DNA from: Chiloscyllium plagiosum
Lineage: Eukaryota
DNA: 64,000 nt
NCBI RefSeq assembly: GCF_004010195.1
Contig: NC_057726.1
Coordinates: 62,246,850-62,310,849 of the forward strand
Direction: 5' to 3'
The notes beneath the pieces are model-generated. The model worked only from the letters and a program-made list of their open reading frames with translations, ran no database searches and was not told the origin of the DNA. The position numbers were made by a program, and so were the translations under genes. Positions 47,561-61,420 of the stretch are shown piece after piece; the first letter of the stretch is position 1; each line of letters begins with the position of its first letter.

Positions 47561-48829
47561 GTTCTGTCATTGACGTTCGTCATAATCATTAACCCGTCGC
47601 TTAACCAATTTGTTCGCTCCTGTTTGTGGTATTTGTTAGATTTGTTTTCTTGGAAACGAGTGGCCGGAACTCTTATACATGTTTGAATTGGAAAGCCCGG
47701 CATTTTCTACAGGCTGGTAACAGCTGACATCTGTTTCTCGACTTCAATTTAGGTTACAGCGGCCTCTTCTGGTCAATTTGAATTCCTGACGTTTGCAAAT
47801 TCTACTCCAATCTTCTGCAGCCTGTCAGAATTATCAGACTGGGCATCCAAGTGGTTCAAAGAGAGATAGAGTCACAGAGATGTACAGCACGGAAACAAGC
47901 CCTTTCGTCCAACTCGTCTATGCCGACCAGTCATCCTAAATTAATCTAGTCCTATTTGCCAGCCCTATGTATTCATATACCCATCCAGATGCCTTTTAAA
48001 TATTGGAATTATACCCGCCCCCACTATTTCCTCTGGCAGTTCATTCCATCGAAATGATTTAATGGGGAGATATCATTGCCTGCATAGTACAGGTGTAATT
48101 TTGAACAGAATGGATATGAATAAAAAACAGAAAGCATAATTAAAGTATATATGGAAGTTTTTAACGTAATCAATGTAATGATTGCTGCAATAGTACAGAG
48201 TATGCTAATATGCGAGGAAATGTGATAAATGAAGGCTGAGCATTGCTGAATCACGAAGAATTAGAATTTCAATGATCTGTCGACAGCACAGATAAAGACA
48301 TATTTACATATAGGCTAGTTCTAGAAAACAGGTTCACCAGCTTTATATCGACTCTATAAATACTACTCAACTACATAGATGTACAACAAAACTGGCCCTC
48401 GCGCCTTCGGTTTTTAGTCGTTTGACGGTGACGGTCCAGATATGGTAGAGTAATTTTATTCGTTAGTAGCGCCAAACAGATAACAGCAAATTCCAGCCAG
48501 TGTCATACCGCGTCTGAAATGTCTTCAGGAAAAGGTAAATCCAGAATCAAGTGTTAAACACATTTCGAAATTCTGTTTCAATCACCCAACATTCGGGGGA
48601 AATAGTTTTAAAGAATAGTCAAATTGTTTGTCGTGATTATGATAAAATCTCCCTGGGAACAATATTTCTTCCTACTTCAATCTGTATTTCCGAGGTTAGC
48701 AAATGCTGCTGAGGTGCTTTTTCCTTGTTTTGGCAGTATATTTGAGCCTTAGTATCAGTGAATGATTGAAATATAATCATTCGGGTTCAGTAATATTGTT
48801 ATTAGACATATGTCTGGAGAAATCATAAA

Positions 48830-49185
48830 GTCATTAAAGTCATACAGCTCGGAAACAGACACTTCGGTCCAACCAGTCCATGCCGAACATAACTGTAAAC
48901 TGATCTAGTCCCACCTGCTTACTCCTAGTCCATATCTCTCTACATCTTTCCTAATCATGTATTTATCCAATTTTGTTTAAACGTTGTAACTGTACCCACA
49001 ATCCACCACTTCCTAAAGAAGTTCATTCCACACACTCAACCATGCTCTGTGTAAACAAAAAATTGCCGCCCATGTACTTTTTAAATCTCCCTCCTCTCAC
49101 CTTAAAAACGTGCCTCCTAGTTTTGAAATCCCCCATCTTAGAGAAAAGGTACCTGTCAATAACACTATCCATATCCCTTATTATT
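48830..49185 (-). mobile_element. CR1 LINE 3' fragment (similar short 3' ends at 47860-48049 minus and 49560-49690 plus)
   Basis: Match to the CR1 3' UTR and tail. Confidence 0.75.
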
Positions 49186-51429
49186 TTGTTGTTTTTCTGA
49201 CAATGTTAGGAACCCCAGCTCCTGCAACAAGAAATAATTGTTGCCACATCACCTCAGAGCCATGGTCCATTCTTAAAAGCAATGTGAATTGGCAACAGAC
49301 TGGTTTGGAAAGTGAATGTGTTTGAACAGCTATTCAGGACTTGCTGCAAAGCACAATTTTTCAGATGCAGTTACACAGAAAGCCGAACGAATTTCTCATT
49401 TGAGTCTGATGTATTCTTGCGTTTTGAAAAGCAGAATGCGTTGCTATTTAAAACATTCAGAGCACATTGAATTCAGCAAGTCCTCAATGCAATAGAACCA
49501 TTGGTAGATTTGTACAGCTTTCCCTCACCGTCAAAATTGTATTATAAAACGTCGATGTAATACATGAATAGGATGAGTTCAGAGAGATATGGTTCAAATG
49601 CTGACAAATGGGACTAGATATCTGGTTGGCATGGGCGAGTTGGACCGAAGTGTCTGTTTCCATACTGTACATTTCTATGACTCTATGACATCTCAAGGAA
49701 CCAACCAGGAGATCATTGGGGTAACATCAACAAATATTCATCACCTTTTCGAGTCAATAGACATTGGCTCCCAAATCATATGTCCTTTATACAATTAGCA
49801 ATAAGTCCTGCCTAGCCGAAGTTAATCAGAATGGAATTGATCATGCTATGAGTTATGGCCTGAAAGAGTTGATAAACATCAGCTTTAGGCCATGGAGGCA
49901 TGAATGAGAAAATGTTTGGAATTATCCTGATTCCACTGGGAATGGAAGGCCCTCAAGGCTTTGGAGAGAGACTGAGAAGCCAAGGGTTATCCTGTAACTT
50001 AAGCTGGACAGGAACACAATAGCAGAATAATACCTTTAAATTCACTGCCCTGATTTGATATGTATTATTTATCATATAAATTACATTTCCTGTTTACTGA
50101 ACAAGACTGTCTTCTGTTGCCTAATTGGTTGCAATCTCAAATGAACGTATTAATATTGAGTATAAGACCCCTAAAATGTATAAAATTGTACATCCTGATG
50201 TTATAAAGACAGAATGGGAACATCTGGTTTGTGCAACGAATCATATTGCCAGGCCAACAGCAGTATCAAGGTGGGGAAGGCTAAACTTTGTGGACTTTTT
50301 GAGAACCAGCCAGTGACTCAGACAATATCTATGAAGTGAGAGTAGACAAGGGGTATAGCAAAGGAATATGAACATGCTTACAGAAAGTTTGGATGCAGGG
50401 TACTGAGTTCTGTTTAAAGAAAAATGTTGTGTTTATCCATAGATGTTTGGATTAGATCAAGTTAAAAGCTGATAAGTTATTGAGTCTTTTGGCTTACGGA
50501 GCATACCATCATGCTCAGAAAGTTTATGAGTTTGGGAAAAAGAATCAGGAAGAGATGGAGAACTTGAAAAACAATTGCAGCAATTGCAGAAAGAATGAGA
50601 GATAAATGGTTTAAAGAGGCTGATTCATACTTTATAATTATGAGCAAAACAATCAGTTACTGTAATGCAATAGCAGAGTGATTCCAGCTTGCATGCTGAA
50701 ACTGTTTTGGTTGAGATGCAGCAACTTAAACAGGAACTTGCTGAGCAAAACAAGACAGGTGAGAGTCTCCCGCAGGAGCTAAATGGTATCACAGAAACAT
50801 AGACTCACAGAGAAATGTGTTACTTCTGTTTGAATTTGGGATGTTGAATTAAAGGGAAATTTTGCAGACAACTGGAATTTGTCACAGCCAAGATGAATGG
50901 AGGCAAGGTCCCATATCACAATAGGCGTATTTTTAATTGGTGTTTCTGATTACAAATATAATTATTTCTGTACCTCTCACTCCAACTATAGGAAATATTA
51001 AAATATGATAGTTAAAACCTGAGATTATAAGGAAGTGTTTAGAAAGCAATCAGCTCCGTTGTGTAATGGGGGGAAAGTCATTAACGCTTAGTAGAATGCA
51101 AATCTTATTATTGAATTTCATTGCAGTGATGCATCATCTGTTTGAATATGAACTGTATGGATGTCTGCAAGTCACTGAATAAATGTTAATCCTCTGTGGT
51201 CTGGTCTTGTATATTTCTTTTCTTGCTTGGTTATTAAATATTGTCTCATGTACTTTTGTATTGTGCTTGAGATTTCAAACCAAAAAACAAGAGCTAAGAG
51301 TGCCTGTAACATTGCTAACTTGCTTTAATAGGTATTATTTATAACCCGAGTCGAGTTCTTGCACTGTAGTATCTCTTTTTTTGCTTCATTGATTACAGTC
51401 TCAAATGAACAACATTGGAATTTGAGAAT

Positions 51430-53940
51430 ACAGTCATCGAAATGTACAGCATGGAAACACACCCTTTGTTCCAACCCATCCATGTCGACCAGATATCCCA
51501 ACCCAATCTAGTCCCTCCTGCCAGCACCCAGCCCATATCCCTCCAAACCCTTCCTAGTCATGTACCCATCCAAATGCCTTTTAAATGTTGCAATTGTACC
51601 AGCCTCCACCACTTCCTCTGGCAGTTTATTCCATACACACACCAGCCTCTCTGTGAAAACGTTGTCCCTTAGGCTTCTTTTATATCTTTCCCCCTCACCC
51701 TAAACCTATGCCCTCTAATGTCCTGTACAGCCGCAACATGACCTCTCAACTCCTGTACTCAATATTCTGACCAATAAAAGAAAGCATACCAAATGCCTTC
51801 TTCACTATCCTATCTACCTGTGACTCCACTTTCAAGGAGCTATGAACCTGCACTCCAAGGTCTCTTTGTTCAGCAACACTCCTTAGAACTTTACCATTAA
51901 GTATATAAGTCCTGCTAAGATTTGCTTTCCCAAAATGCAGCACCTCACATTTATCTAAACTCCACCTGCTACTTCTTAACCATTGGCCTATCTGGTCAAG
52001 ATCTTGTTGTAATCTTAGGTAGCCTTCTTCACTGTCCACTACACCTCCAATTTTGGTGTCATCTGCAAACTTGCTAACTATACTTCTTATGCTCGCATCC
52101 AAATCATTTATGTAAATAACAAAAAGTAGAGGATCCAGCACCGATCCATGTGACACTCCATGGTCACAGGTCTCCAGTCTGAAAAACAACCCTCCACTAT
52201 CGCCCTCTGTCTTCTACCTTTGAGCCAGTTCTGTATCCAAATGGTGAGTTCTCCCTGTATTCCATGACATCTAACCTTGCTAACCAGTCTCCCATGGGGA
52301 ACCTTGTCGAATGCCTCAGTGAAATCCATACAGATCACATCTCCCACTCTGCCCTCATCAATCCTCTTTGTTACTTTTCGAAAAACTCAATCAAGTTTGT
52401 GAGACATGATTTCCCACGCACAATGCCATGTTGACTATCCGTATTCAGTCCTTGCCTTTCCAAATACATGTAGATCCTGTCCCTCAGGATTCCCTCCAAC
52501 AACTTGCCCACCACCGACATCAGGCTCACTGGTCTATAGTTCCCTGGCTTCTCCTTACCACCCTTCTTAAACAGTGGCACCACATTAGCCAACCTCCAGT
52601 CCTCCAGCGCCTCACCTGTGACTATTGATGACACAAATATCTCAGCAAGAGGCCCAGCAATCACTTTGCTAGCTTCCCACAGAGTTCTAGGGTACACCTG
52701 ATCAGGTCTTGGGGATTTATCCACCTTGATGCATTTCAAGACATCCAGCACTTCCTCCTCTGTATTATGGACATTCTGCAAGGTGTCACCATCTATTTCC
52801 CTACATTCTATATCTTCCATATCCTATTCCACAGTAAATACTGTTGTACAATACTCGTTTAGTATCTCCCCCATTTTCTGTGGCTCCACACAAAGGCTGC
52901 CTTGTTGATCTTTGACGGGCCCTATTCTCTCCCTAGTTACCCTTTTGTCCTTAATGTATTTGTAAAAACCCTTTGCAATCTCCTTAATTCTATTTGCCAA
53001 AGCTATCTCATGTCCCCTTTTTACCCTCCTGATTTCCCTCTTAAGTATACTCCTACTGCCTTTATAGTCTTCTAAGGATTCACTCGACCTATCCTGTCTA
53101 ACACCCTACATATGCTTCCTTCTTTTTCTGAACAAAATCCTCAATTTCTTTAGTCATCTAGCATTCCCTATAACTACCAGTCTTTCTTTTCACCTTAACA
53201 GGAATATACTTTCTCTGGACTCTCGTTATCTCATTTTTGAAGGCTTCCCATTTTCCAGCCATCCCTTTACCTTCAAACATCTGCCCCCAATCAGCTTTTG
53301 AAAGTTCTTGCCAAATACCATCAAAATTGGCCTTTCTCCAATTTAGAACTTCAACTTTTAGATCTGGTCTATCCTTTTCCATAACTATTTTAAATCTAAT
53401 AGAATTATGGTCGCTAGATCCAAAGTGCTCCCTCACTGACACCTCAGTCACCTGCCCTGCCTTATTTTTTCAGTGTAGGTCAAGTTTTGCACATTCTCTA
53501 GTAGGTACACCGACATACTGAATCAGAAAATTTACTTGTACGCACTTAACAAATTCCTCTCCATCTAAACTCTTAACACTATGGTAGTCCCAATCTATGT
53601 TTGGAAATTTAAAATCCCCTACCATAACCACTCTATTGTTCTTACAGATAGCTGAGATCTCCTTACATGTTAGTTTCTCAATTTCCCTCTGACTATTAGG
53701 TGGTCTATAATACAATCCCAATAAGGTGATCAACCCTTCCTTATTTCTCAGTTCCACCCAAATAACTTCCCTGTATGTATTTCCAGGAATATCCTCCCTC
53801 AACACAGCTGTAATGCTATCCCTTACCAAAAACGCCAACCTCCCCTCAAACCCCTCCCCCCCCCTCACTTTCTACCCTACCTGTAGCATTTGTAACCTGG
53901 AACATTAAGCTACCAGTCCTGCCCATACCTGAGCCATGTT
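51430..53940 (-). mobile_element. CR1-clade LINE, APE plus RT, frameshifted
   Basis: YYRPPNSQ, VGDFKFPNIDW, SDHN, PGNYRPVSL, KFADDTKIG on the minus strand. Confidence 0.95.
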
Positions 53941-54357
53941 AATAAGACCTGTAAAACCTTTATCCATGCACTCCAATTTGATTTACTAGTTTCCTGTCTG
54001 GCACCTTATCAAAGGCCTTCCGAAAATCCAAAAATACCATATCCACTTGTACTTCATGCTTGCCACTATAAAATCCTCAAAACACGCCAACAGGTTTTTT
54101 AAACATGATATCCCTATCATCATTCCATTGTGACAATGTTCTATTTTACCATTATTTTCTAAGTATCCAGAGATGACAAACAAATATATTAAATAGGAGA
54201 AAAATAGACCATTCAGTTCTTTTGAATCATTAAATATTCAGTTTGCATTTCAAATTCCGCATTCCCTACTATTCCCATTTCCCTTTAATTCTTCTGCCTA
54301 AAAAGAATCAATCTATTTCTGTGTTTAGAATATTCACTGATCTCAACTCCACCACCT

Positions 54358-54680
54358 TGGTAGGCAGCACGGTGGCACAGTGATTAGCACTGCTGCCTCA
54401 CAGCGCCAGAGACACGGGTTCAATTCCTGCCTCAGGCGACTGACTGTGTGGAGTTTGCACATTCTCCCCGTGTCTGCACGGGTTTCCACCGGGTGCTCCG
54501 GTTTCCTCCCACAGTCCAAAAATGTGCAGGTTAGGTGAATTAGCCATGCTAAATTGCCCGTAGTGTTAGGTGAAGGGGTAAATGTAGGGGAATGGATCTG
54601 GGTGGGTTGTGCTTTGGGGAGTCGGTGTGGACTTGTTGGGCTGAAGGGCCTGTTTCCACACTGTAAGTAATCTAATCTGA
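54358..54680 (+). mobile_element. HE1-type tRNA-derived SINE, near full length
   Basis: ggcagcacggtggcacagtg, B box gggttcaattcc, tail gtaagtaatctaatct. Confidence 0.92.
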
Positions 54681-54999
54681 TGTGAAATAACCTTCTGATG
54701 GATACAAAGTTCCACAAACTTCTGAGACAAAGAAATTCCCTCATCTCTGGCCTGAAAGACAACCCCTAATTTTAAAACACCATCCCCTAGTTTTGGATTC
54801 TCTCACAAGAGGAAACATTCTCTTCATATTCAACTTCTCAAGAAAATGTGTGAACTATCCACCAAATGATGTCTACAGGGTCTCCTCTATCTACAGCACG
54901 CATTACTCCTTCAAAGAATTCTGACAAACTAACTACTCATGAGTTCTTTTTGATATAACCATTCTGACTCTTCCTGATGCCCAAGAAGTTCTGTTCACA

Positions 55000-55745
55000 A
55001 CTGTACAAGATAAGCATTGGCCTTATATGTCACCAAAATATCTTGATCTGTAAAAAAGGGAATTGGAACAGTGCTACATAATGACACACAATAAATTCGA
55101 GCGCACTTTTCCATACTTTAGACAAAGGAAGTTTCCAAGCTAAAGGCTGTTTGTAATGTTTAACTATCATTTATTTTTGAGACAAGCTGCAAAAAAGGTT
55201 AAACCAGTACTAAAGCATCATTTTGAGTTTGCCATCTTCTGGAAAAACAGAAGAAATGGTGAAGTAATTTGAAAAGTAATGCCTGTTTTCACTGACTCTT
55301 TAGTCAAAGAGTTTTAGAATAAACAATAATAATGGCAATCTACAGCATGTCACTTGGTGTTTCCACAGTAGCAAGACAAGTGGAATCTTTGTCCAAAGAC
55401 ATCAATCGGCAACTACAGAAGGACCTGAAGGTCTGTAAATGCTTTTCATTACAATTCCATGAATCCATCACGATGACGGACTTATATCAACTCATCACAT
55501 TTTTGCACATGCTTTTTAAAGACATAATAAGTAAAGATGATATTCTCAATATTTTGCCCAATGGAGAGAGAATAAGGAATGAGAATATTGATAACAAATT
55601 CAGAAAGTACAAGCTTGAGAAAATCATTCCAATCAATAAACCTGTTTCCACCCCAACTGATGGTGCACCATTCAAGCTTGGCGCTCGTTGGATTTTGCAG
55701 AATTGCTCCTGATTTTGCCACTTTTGTTAATCATAACTGTGCATC
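55000..55745 (+). mobile_element. hAT DNA transposon relic (Buster/SPIN/GTF2IRD2-like transposase fragment)
   Basis: STVARQVESLSKDINRQL..FSLQFHES..QL..VSTPTDGAP resembles FSLQLDES and TTDGAP. A decayed BED-finger-like CLIC..H motif lies near 55020. Confidence 0.85.
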
Positions 55746-55751
55746 ACATTA

Positions 55752-55960
55752 GGGGGTCTAATCAGCTCAGGTGGGAGGTTTGCAACGCAGAGTGATGCCA
55801 ACAGTCTGAATTCAATCCCTGCACTGGCTGAGGTTACCAGGAAGGATTCTCCTCCACAACCTTACCCCTGGCCCAGTGTGATGATCCTCAGGCAAAATCA
55901 GCACTAAACATCTCTGTATAAGGAAGGAGAAGCCCTATGTTCTGATAAGAATACAGTGAT
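55752..55960 (+). mobile_element. Second tRNA-derived SINE family, decayed
   Basis: agctcag A-box-like and ttcaatccc B-box-like motifs; interrupts the hAT relic. Confidence 0.55.
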
Positions 55961-56134
55961 TTCTATATATTATATTCAACTTAATGTGAAATTCTTTCAT
56001 ATTATGGCCACTATTTCTTAAAGGTCAGGTGATTAATTGAGTGCTTCTTCATTACATAATACTAAATACAAAATAGCCCAAATCCTCATTAGGTCTTTAA
56101 GGGAGAAGAATATAAAAACCATCTTGTCAACACA

Positions 56135-57392
56135 GTTTTGTGCATGGGAAATCATCTCTCACTAATTAGATTTACCTTTTTGAAGAAGTGACAAAGAAGA
56201 TTGAAGAAGGCAGAGTGATGGTGGTTATGTATAGGGATTTCAGCAAGGTATTTGACATGGTTTCTCATGGTAGACTAGTTAGCAAGATTAGATCACATGG
56301 AATCCAGAGAGAGCTAGCCATGTGAATACACAATTGCCTTGAAGATAGAAGACAAAGAGTCATGGTGGAGAATTGTTTTTCAGACTGGAGGCCTGTGAGC
56401 AGCTGTGTGCTGCAAGGATCGGTGTTGGCTCCACTGCTTTTTATTATTTATATAAATGATTTGGATGTGAATATAAAGTAATGATCAGTAAGTTTGCAGA
56501 TGACACCGAAATTAGTGGCATAGTGGACAGTGAAGAAGATTATCTCCTGAGTAGAACCTTAATCAGATAGGGTAATAGGTCGAGGACTGATAGGCAATTG
56601 GAGTTTAACTTAGATAAATATGAGGTGCTGCATTGTGGTGAACCAAATCAAGGCAGGACTTAAACACTTAATAATAGGATTCTGGGGAGTATTGCCAAAC
56701 AGAGACCTTGGGGTGCAAGTTCATAGTTCCTTAAAGGTGGAGTCATAGGTAGGCAGATAGTGAAGAAGTGCGCTTGCCTTTCTTGATCAGTGCATTGAAG
56801 ACAGGAATTCAGATGTCATGTTGCGGCAGTATCGGACATTGGTGAAGCCACTTTTAGAATACTACATTCAAGTCTGGTCTCCCTGCTATAGGAAAGATAT
56901 TGTTAAATTTGAAAGGATGCAGAAAGATTTACAAGGATGTTGCCCAGGGTTGGAGGGCTTAAGCTATAAAAAAGGCTGAATAGCCTGGGACAATTTCCCC
57001 TGGAGGGTCAGAAGCTGATGGGTGACCTTATAGATGTTTATAAAACCATGAGGGGCATGGATAGGGTGAATAGCCAAGGTCTTTTTCCCAGTGTAGGGTA
57101 GTCTAAACTAGAGGGCATAGGTTTAAGCTCAAAGAGAGGAAAGACTTAAATGGACCTAAAGGGCAACTTTTTCACATAGAGGGTGGTGCATGGATGGAGT
57201 GAGCTGCCAAAGGAAATAGACCCTTTGGTGTCTGGTTCAATTACAACATTTAAAAGGCATCTGGATGGGTACACAAATGGGAAGAGTTTAGATGGATATG
57301 GGCCAAATGCTGGCAAATGAGACTAGATTAGTTTAGGATATCTGGTCAGCATGGATCAGCTGGACTGAAGAATCTATTTCTGTGCTGTACTT
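56135..57392 (+). mobile_element. 5'-truncated CR1 LINE
   Basis: RT region through the 3' UTR, colinear with 2200-3445. Confidence 0.9.
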
Positions 57393-57829
57393 GAGGAATT
57401 CCTCCTCACCACCATTAGAGCAAATACTGTACATCCTGTGTCGTCCCTGAGCACAGTGCCCTCCAGTGGTAAAGATTGATACATGGTGTAGGCAACTAAC
57501 TGGTAAATACAAAATCTGATAGGATTGCAAATACACTTGTCAAAGTATAGGATAAACTGGAAGGAGAAAAGAGCACTTGGATACTTAGCTTCCTTCTGCC
57601 CTGTAAAACATCCTGCAATTCAATGTATTATTCAGATACAGTTTTCTTTTTGTAACTGTTGAAAAGGAGTGGGAGGAGATGATGTGGGGCAGGTAAATAA
57701 AGTGGATTGATAATTCATAAGGTTCTAGACTATCTACCTTCTCAGAAACAATTTAATCAAAGTAATATGGCACTGAAACCAAACAACATTCCTTTCATTT
57801 TCCCTGCACTTTTGCAGATGTCATTGAAC

Positions 57830-58137
57830 GGAATCCCGACAGTGTGGAAATATGCCAACAAGTCAACACCAACCTTCTGAAGAGCAACCCACCCATTCAT
57901 CTTATCACATCATTCTACATTTACCCCTGACTAATGCACACCCCCTCCCTCCGAATGCTATGGGGCAATTTAGCATGGCCAATTCACATAACCTGCACAT
58001 CTTTGGATTGTGAGTGGAAACCAAAGCATGCAGAGGAAACCCACGCAGACACAGGGAGAACATACAATCACCAGTCACCGGAGTGGGGAATCAAACCGAG
58101 GTCCCTGGCGCTAACCACTGAGCAACTGTGCCATCGT
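57830..58137 (-). mobile_element. HE1-type SINE, decayed
   Basis: Reverse-complement match to the SINE body. Confidence 0.8.
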
Positions 58138-58389
58138 GTTAATGTGTGATGTTCGGCAATTCAAAGTTCTTCTCATGACATATGTCAAATCTCAGGTATA
58201 ATGGGATTTTGGGTGGGTGCACGACAGTGGTTTAAGCAGAGAACATAATTTTGTGTTCTAATGCATTAATGCTCCAAATCTGTTATTTAAGCTGCATTGG
58301 CTGGATTGATCGTTTTGCGTGAATAAGTCCAGAACCAAAGGCATGGCAACAGCTCTACTTAAGGAAGGGAAAACTGTGGGAAAACTGAG

Positions 58390-60378
58390 ACCAGTAGGGT
58401 TCCACAGGGGTCAATGCTAAATTTGAAGACAACATAAACATAGGTAGAAATGCAGATTTGAAGAGGCTTACAAACAGATTAAAGAGAAATATTGGTAGCT
58501 TAAGTTAATGGGCAAAAGGTTGGCAAATGGTGTATAATGTGGGAAAATGTGAAGTTTCTTTTATTTTGGAAGGAATATTTAAAAATTACTTAAATAGGGG
58601 GGGAAAAAACACAAAAAACTGCAACACAAAGGGACTTGGTGATCCTTGTACATAAAACACAGAAAGCTAGCACACGGGGTGCAACAGGTAATCAGGATGG
58701 TGAAAGGAATATTGGCTCTTATTTCAAAGGGGTTGGGGTATAAAAGTAAGTAGGTTTTACTGCAACTATGCAGGGAGCTGCTGATACCACATCTGGACTA
58801 GTGTGAGCAGTTTTAGTCACAGTTAAGGAAAGCAGTTAAGGAAACAAATCACTTCATTGATTTCATTGGAGGCGGTTTCAAGAATGTTAATAAGTATGAT
58901 CCCTAGTATGAAGGGATTGTCTTATGAGTAAAGCCTAGCCAGGTTGGGTCTCTACTCACTGGAGTTTAGATGAATGAGAGGTGATTTCACTGAAACATCA
59001 AGGATTCTTAAAGGGCTTGACAGGGTAAATGTGGAGACGTTTCCCCTCATGATATAGTCTCGGACCAGAGGGCACAGTCAGAATAAAGTAGTGCCAATTT
59101 AAGACTGAGATGAAGAGGAATTTCTTCTCTCTGAGGGTTGTGAGTCTTGCCACATGGAGCTGTGTGGGCAGAGTGCTTGTGTATATTTAATGATGAGATA
59201 GATTCTTGATCAATTGAGGAATCAAGGATTAAGGGGAAATGGCAGGAAAGTGGACGTGATTCATTGAATGATAGAGCAGCCTCAAAGGGCTGAATAGATT
59301 ACTCCTGTTCCTATTTCTTATGGTTTAATGGTCTGACTTTGTGATTTTTAGCAGGTTGATTAGTGAAGGACAACAATTCATTTGATCCTTTTGTAACTAT
59401 AGAGGCCCATTGTATCCTTGTGCATGAATCGCAGAAGGTTGATTTGTATGTGCAACAGGTAATTAAGAAGGCAAATGGAATTTTGTCCTTCATTGCTCGA
59501 GGGATTGAGTTTAAAAGCAGGGAAGTTATGTTATGGCTGCATAAAGTGTTGAGAGGGTTGGCTTATGATGAGAGACAAGGATTAAAACAACAAAGAACAA
59601 AGAAAATCTACAGCCCAGGAACAGGCCCTTCGACCCTCCAAGCCTGAGCCGATCCAAATGTACTGTCTAAACCTGTCGGTCAATTCCTAAGCATCTGTAT
59701 CCCTCTGCTCCCCACCTACTCATGCATTTGTCCAGATGCATCTTAAATGAATCTACCATGCCTACCTCTACCACCTCTGCTGGCTACGCGTTCCGAACGC
59801 CCACCACACTCTGTGTGAAGTACTTGCCGCGTGTATCCCCCTTAAACTTTTCACCTCTCACCTTGAAAGCGTGACCTCTCGTTAATGAATCCTTCACCCT
59901 GGGGAAAAAAGCTTGTCTCTATCCATCTTGTCTATACTCTTCATGATTTTGAAAATCTCAATCAGATTACATTCATTGGAATTTGCAAGATCTTATAGAA
60001 ACATATAAAATTATGAAGGGAATGATAAGATAGAAGCATGAATGACATTGTCACTGGCAGGTGAAACTAGAACTAGAAGGCATGCCTCAAAATTAGGGGG
60101 AGCAATTGTAGGACTGAATCGAGGAGGAACTTCTTCACCCAAAGGATTGTGAATCTGTGGAATTCTCTGCTCAGTGAAGTAGTTGAGGCTTCCTCATTAA
60201 ATGTTTGTAAAGCTAAGATAGATAATGTTTTGAACAGTAAAGGAATTAAGGGTTATGGCAAGAGGGTGAATAAGTGGAGCTGAGGCCACGAAAAGTTTAG
60301 CCATGATGTTAAAGAATGGTGGAATGGGCTCAAAGGGCCAGATGGCCTACTCCTGCTCCCAGTTCTTATGTTCTTATA
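58390..60378 (+). mobile_element. Two older CR1/L2-type LINE 3' fragments (58390-59325, 59410-60378), the second with a minus-strand CR1 3' end nested at ~59583-59964
   Basis: VQQVIKKANGILSFIARGIEFKSREVML; tails cctactcctgctcc..ttcttatg; gatta flanks the nested piece. Confidence 0.75.
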
Positions 60379-61420
60379 TCTTGACATGATGACTGTGATT
60401 TGACTGCGTCACAATAAGAGTTCAAATTAATGCTCATTGTTTCTCCACACACACATATTTTGGAATATGGGAAACTGTAAGTTGTACTTAAACCAGGACT
60501 TTATTTTTCTCTCCCAACCAAATCTTATCTTCCAGCTTCCCTAAAATAAAATAATTATTAACTACTTGCTAATTAATTCAAAGAGCATTAAGCATTTAGC
60601 TTCAAGTATACTTGAGACATATAACAAAATATGACATAAGTTCAAGTCTTTGTTTTCTTTCCAGCTAATACAGTAAATGAAGTCAATATTCTATGGCTGT
60701 AACACGGAATAGTCTGAACAATGCAAGCTCTGTGCTACCTTGCAGATAATAACTTGAGAATTGATGCATGATCCTCAGATGAAACCGCACTGGCGATATT
60801 AAAATAGAATATAAGCCTGTACACAACAGACAGCCCTCAATCCACATCTCTCGGTATATTAGATTAAATGCTCCAAAATGTTAACATTTGAAGAATAATG
60901 TTTGTTCATACTTTCAGGGCAACATCGCAGCCACTTAATTCAAATGTTAAGGGACAAATTGTGGGGAAACCAAGTAATTTGAGTAGTATCATGTGCAGAT
61001 GTGAACATTTTAAGAGTTTTGTGGCTTATTGTATACCTGGACATGAACCTTTCCTTTTCAAGTTCATATTTCCAAATTTCCTTGTTCACAAGCATCAACA
61101 CAAGGTGCCTGGAAATTACTGTATAATACTAACACAGGTCTAAGACAACCCTTTGGCTCTTGAGGGGATTGCCCCTCAAGTTCCAATTGGAGGTAGGCAT
61201 GGCTCATATTCAATTCAGAAAATATAAATACTAAAGTATCAGACTGAAAAAGAACATTTTATACAATTTTGTTAGATGTCCCATTTCCAATTCAATGGAA
61301 TTGTTCCTCCAGTTTGCTGCATACGATGTAGCATTCTAGTATTTGTAGCTTACAGTCTTTATTTTCCACCCTTTCAGGCTGTGTTCTCTTTTCCTGGTTT
61401 TCTAAATAATCTTGCGTATT

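Noticed and set aside
50300-50950. Purine-rich segment translating to coiled-coil-like fragments
   Set aside because: Interrupted by stops with no diagnostic motif; possibly decayed retroelement gag but not supportable.
54358-54435. tRNA-like A/B boxes
   Set aside because: Heads of tRNA-derived SINEs, not tRNA genes.
55332-55712. Possible domesticated GTF2IRD2/ZBED-like host gene
   Set aside because: The catalytic-motif Asp is altered (FHES), flanking frames are broken and a SINE truncates it; it is a dead transposase.
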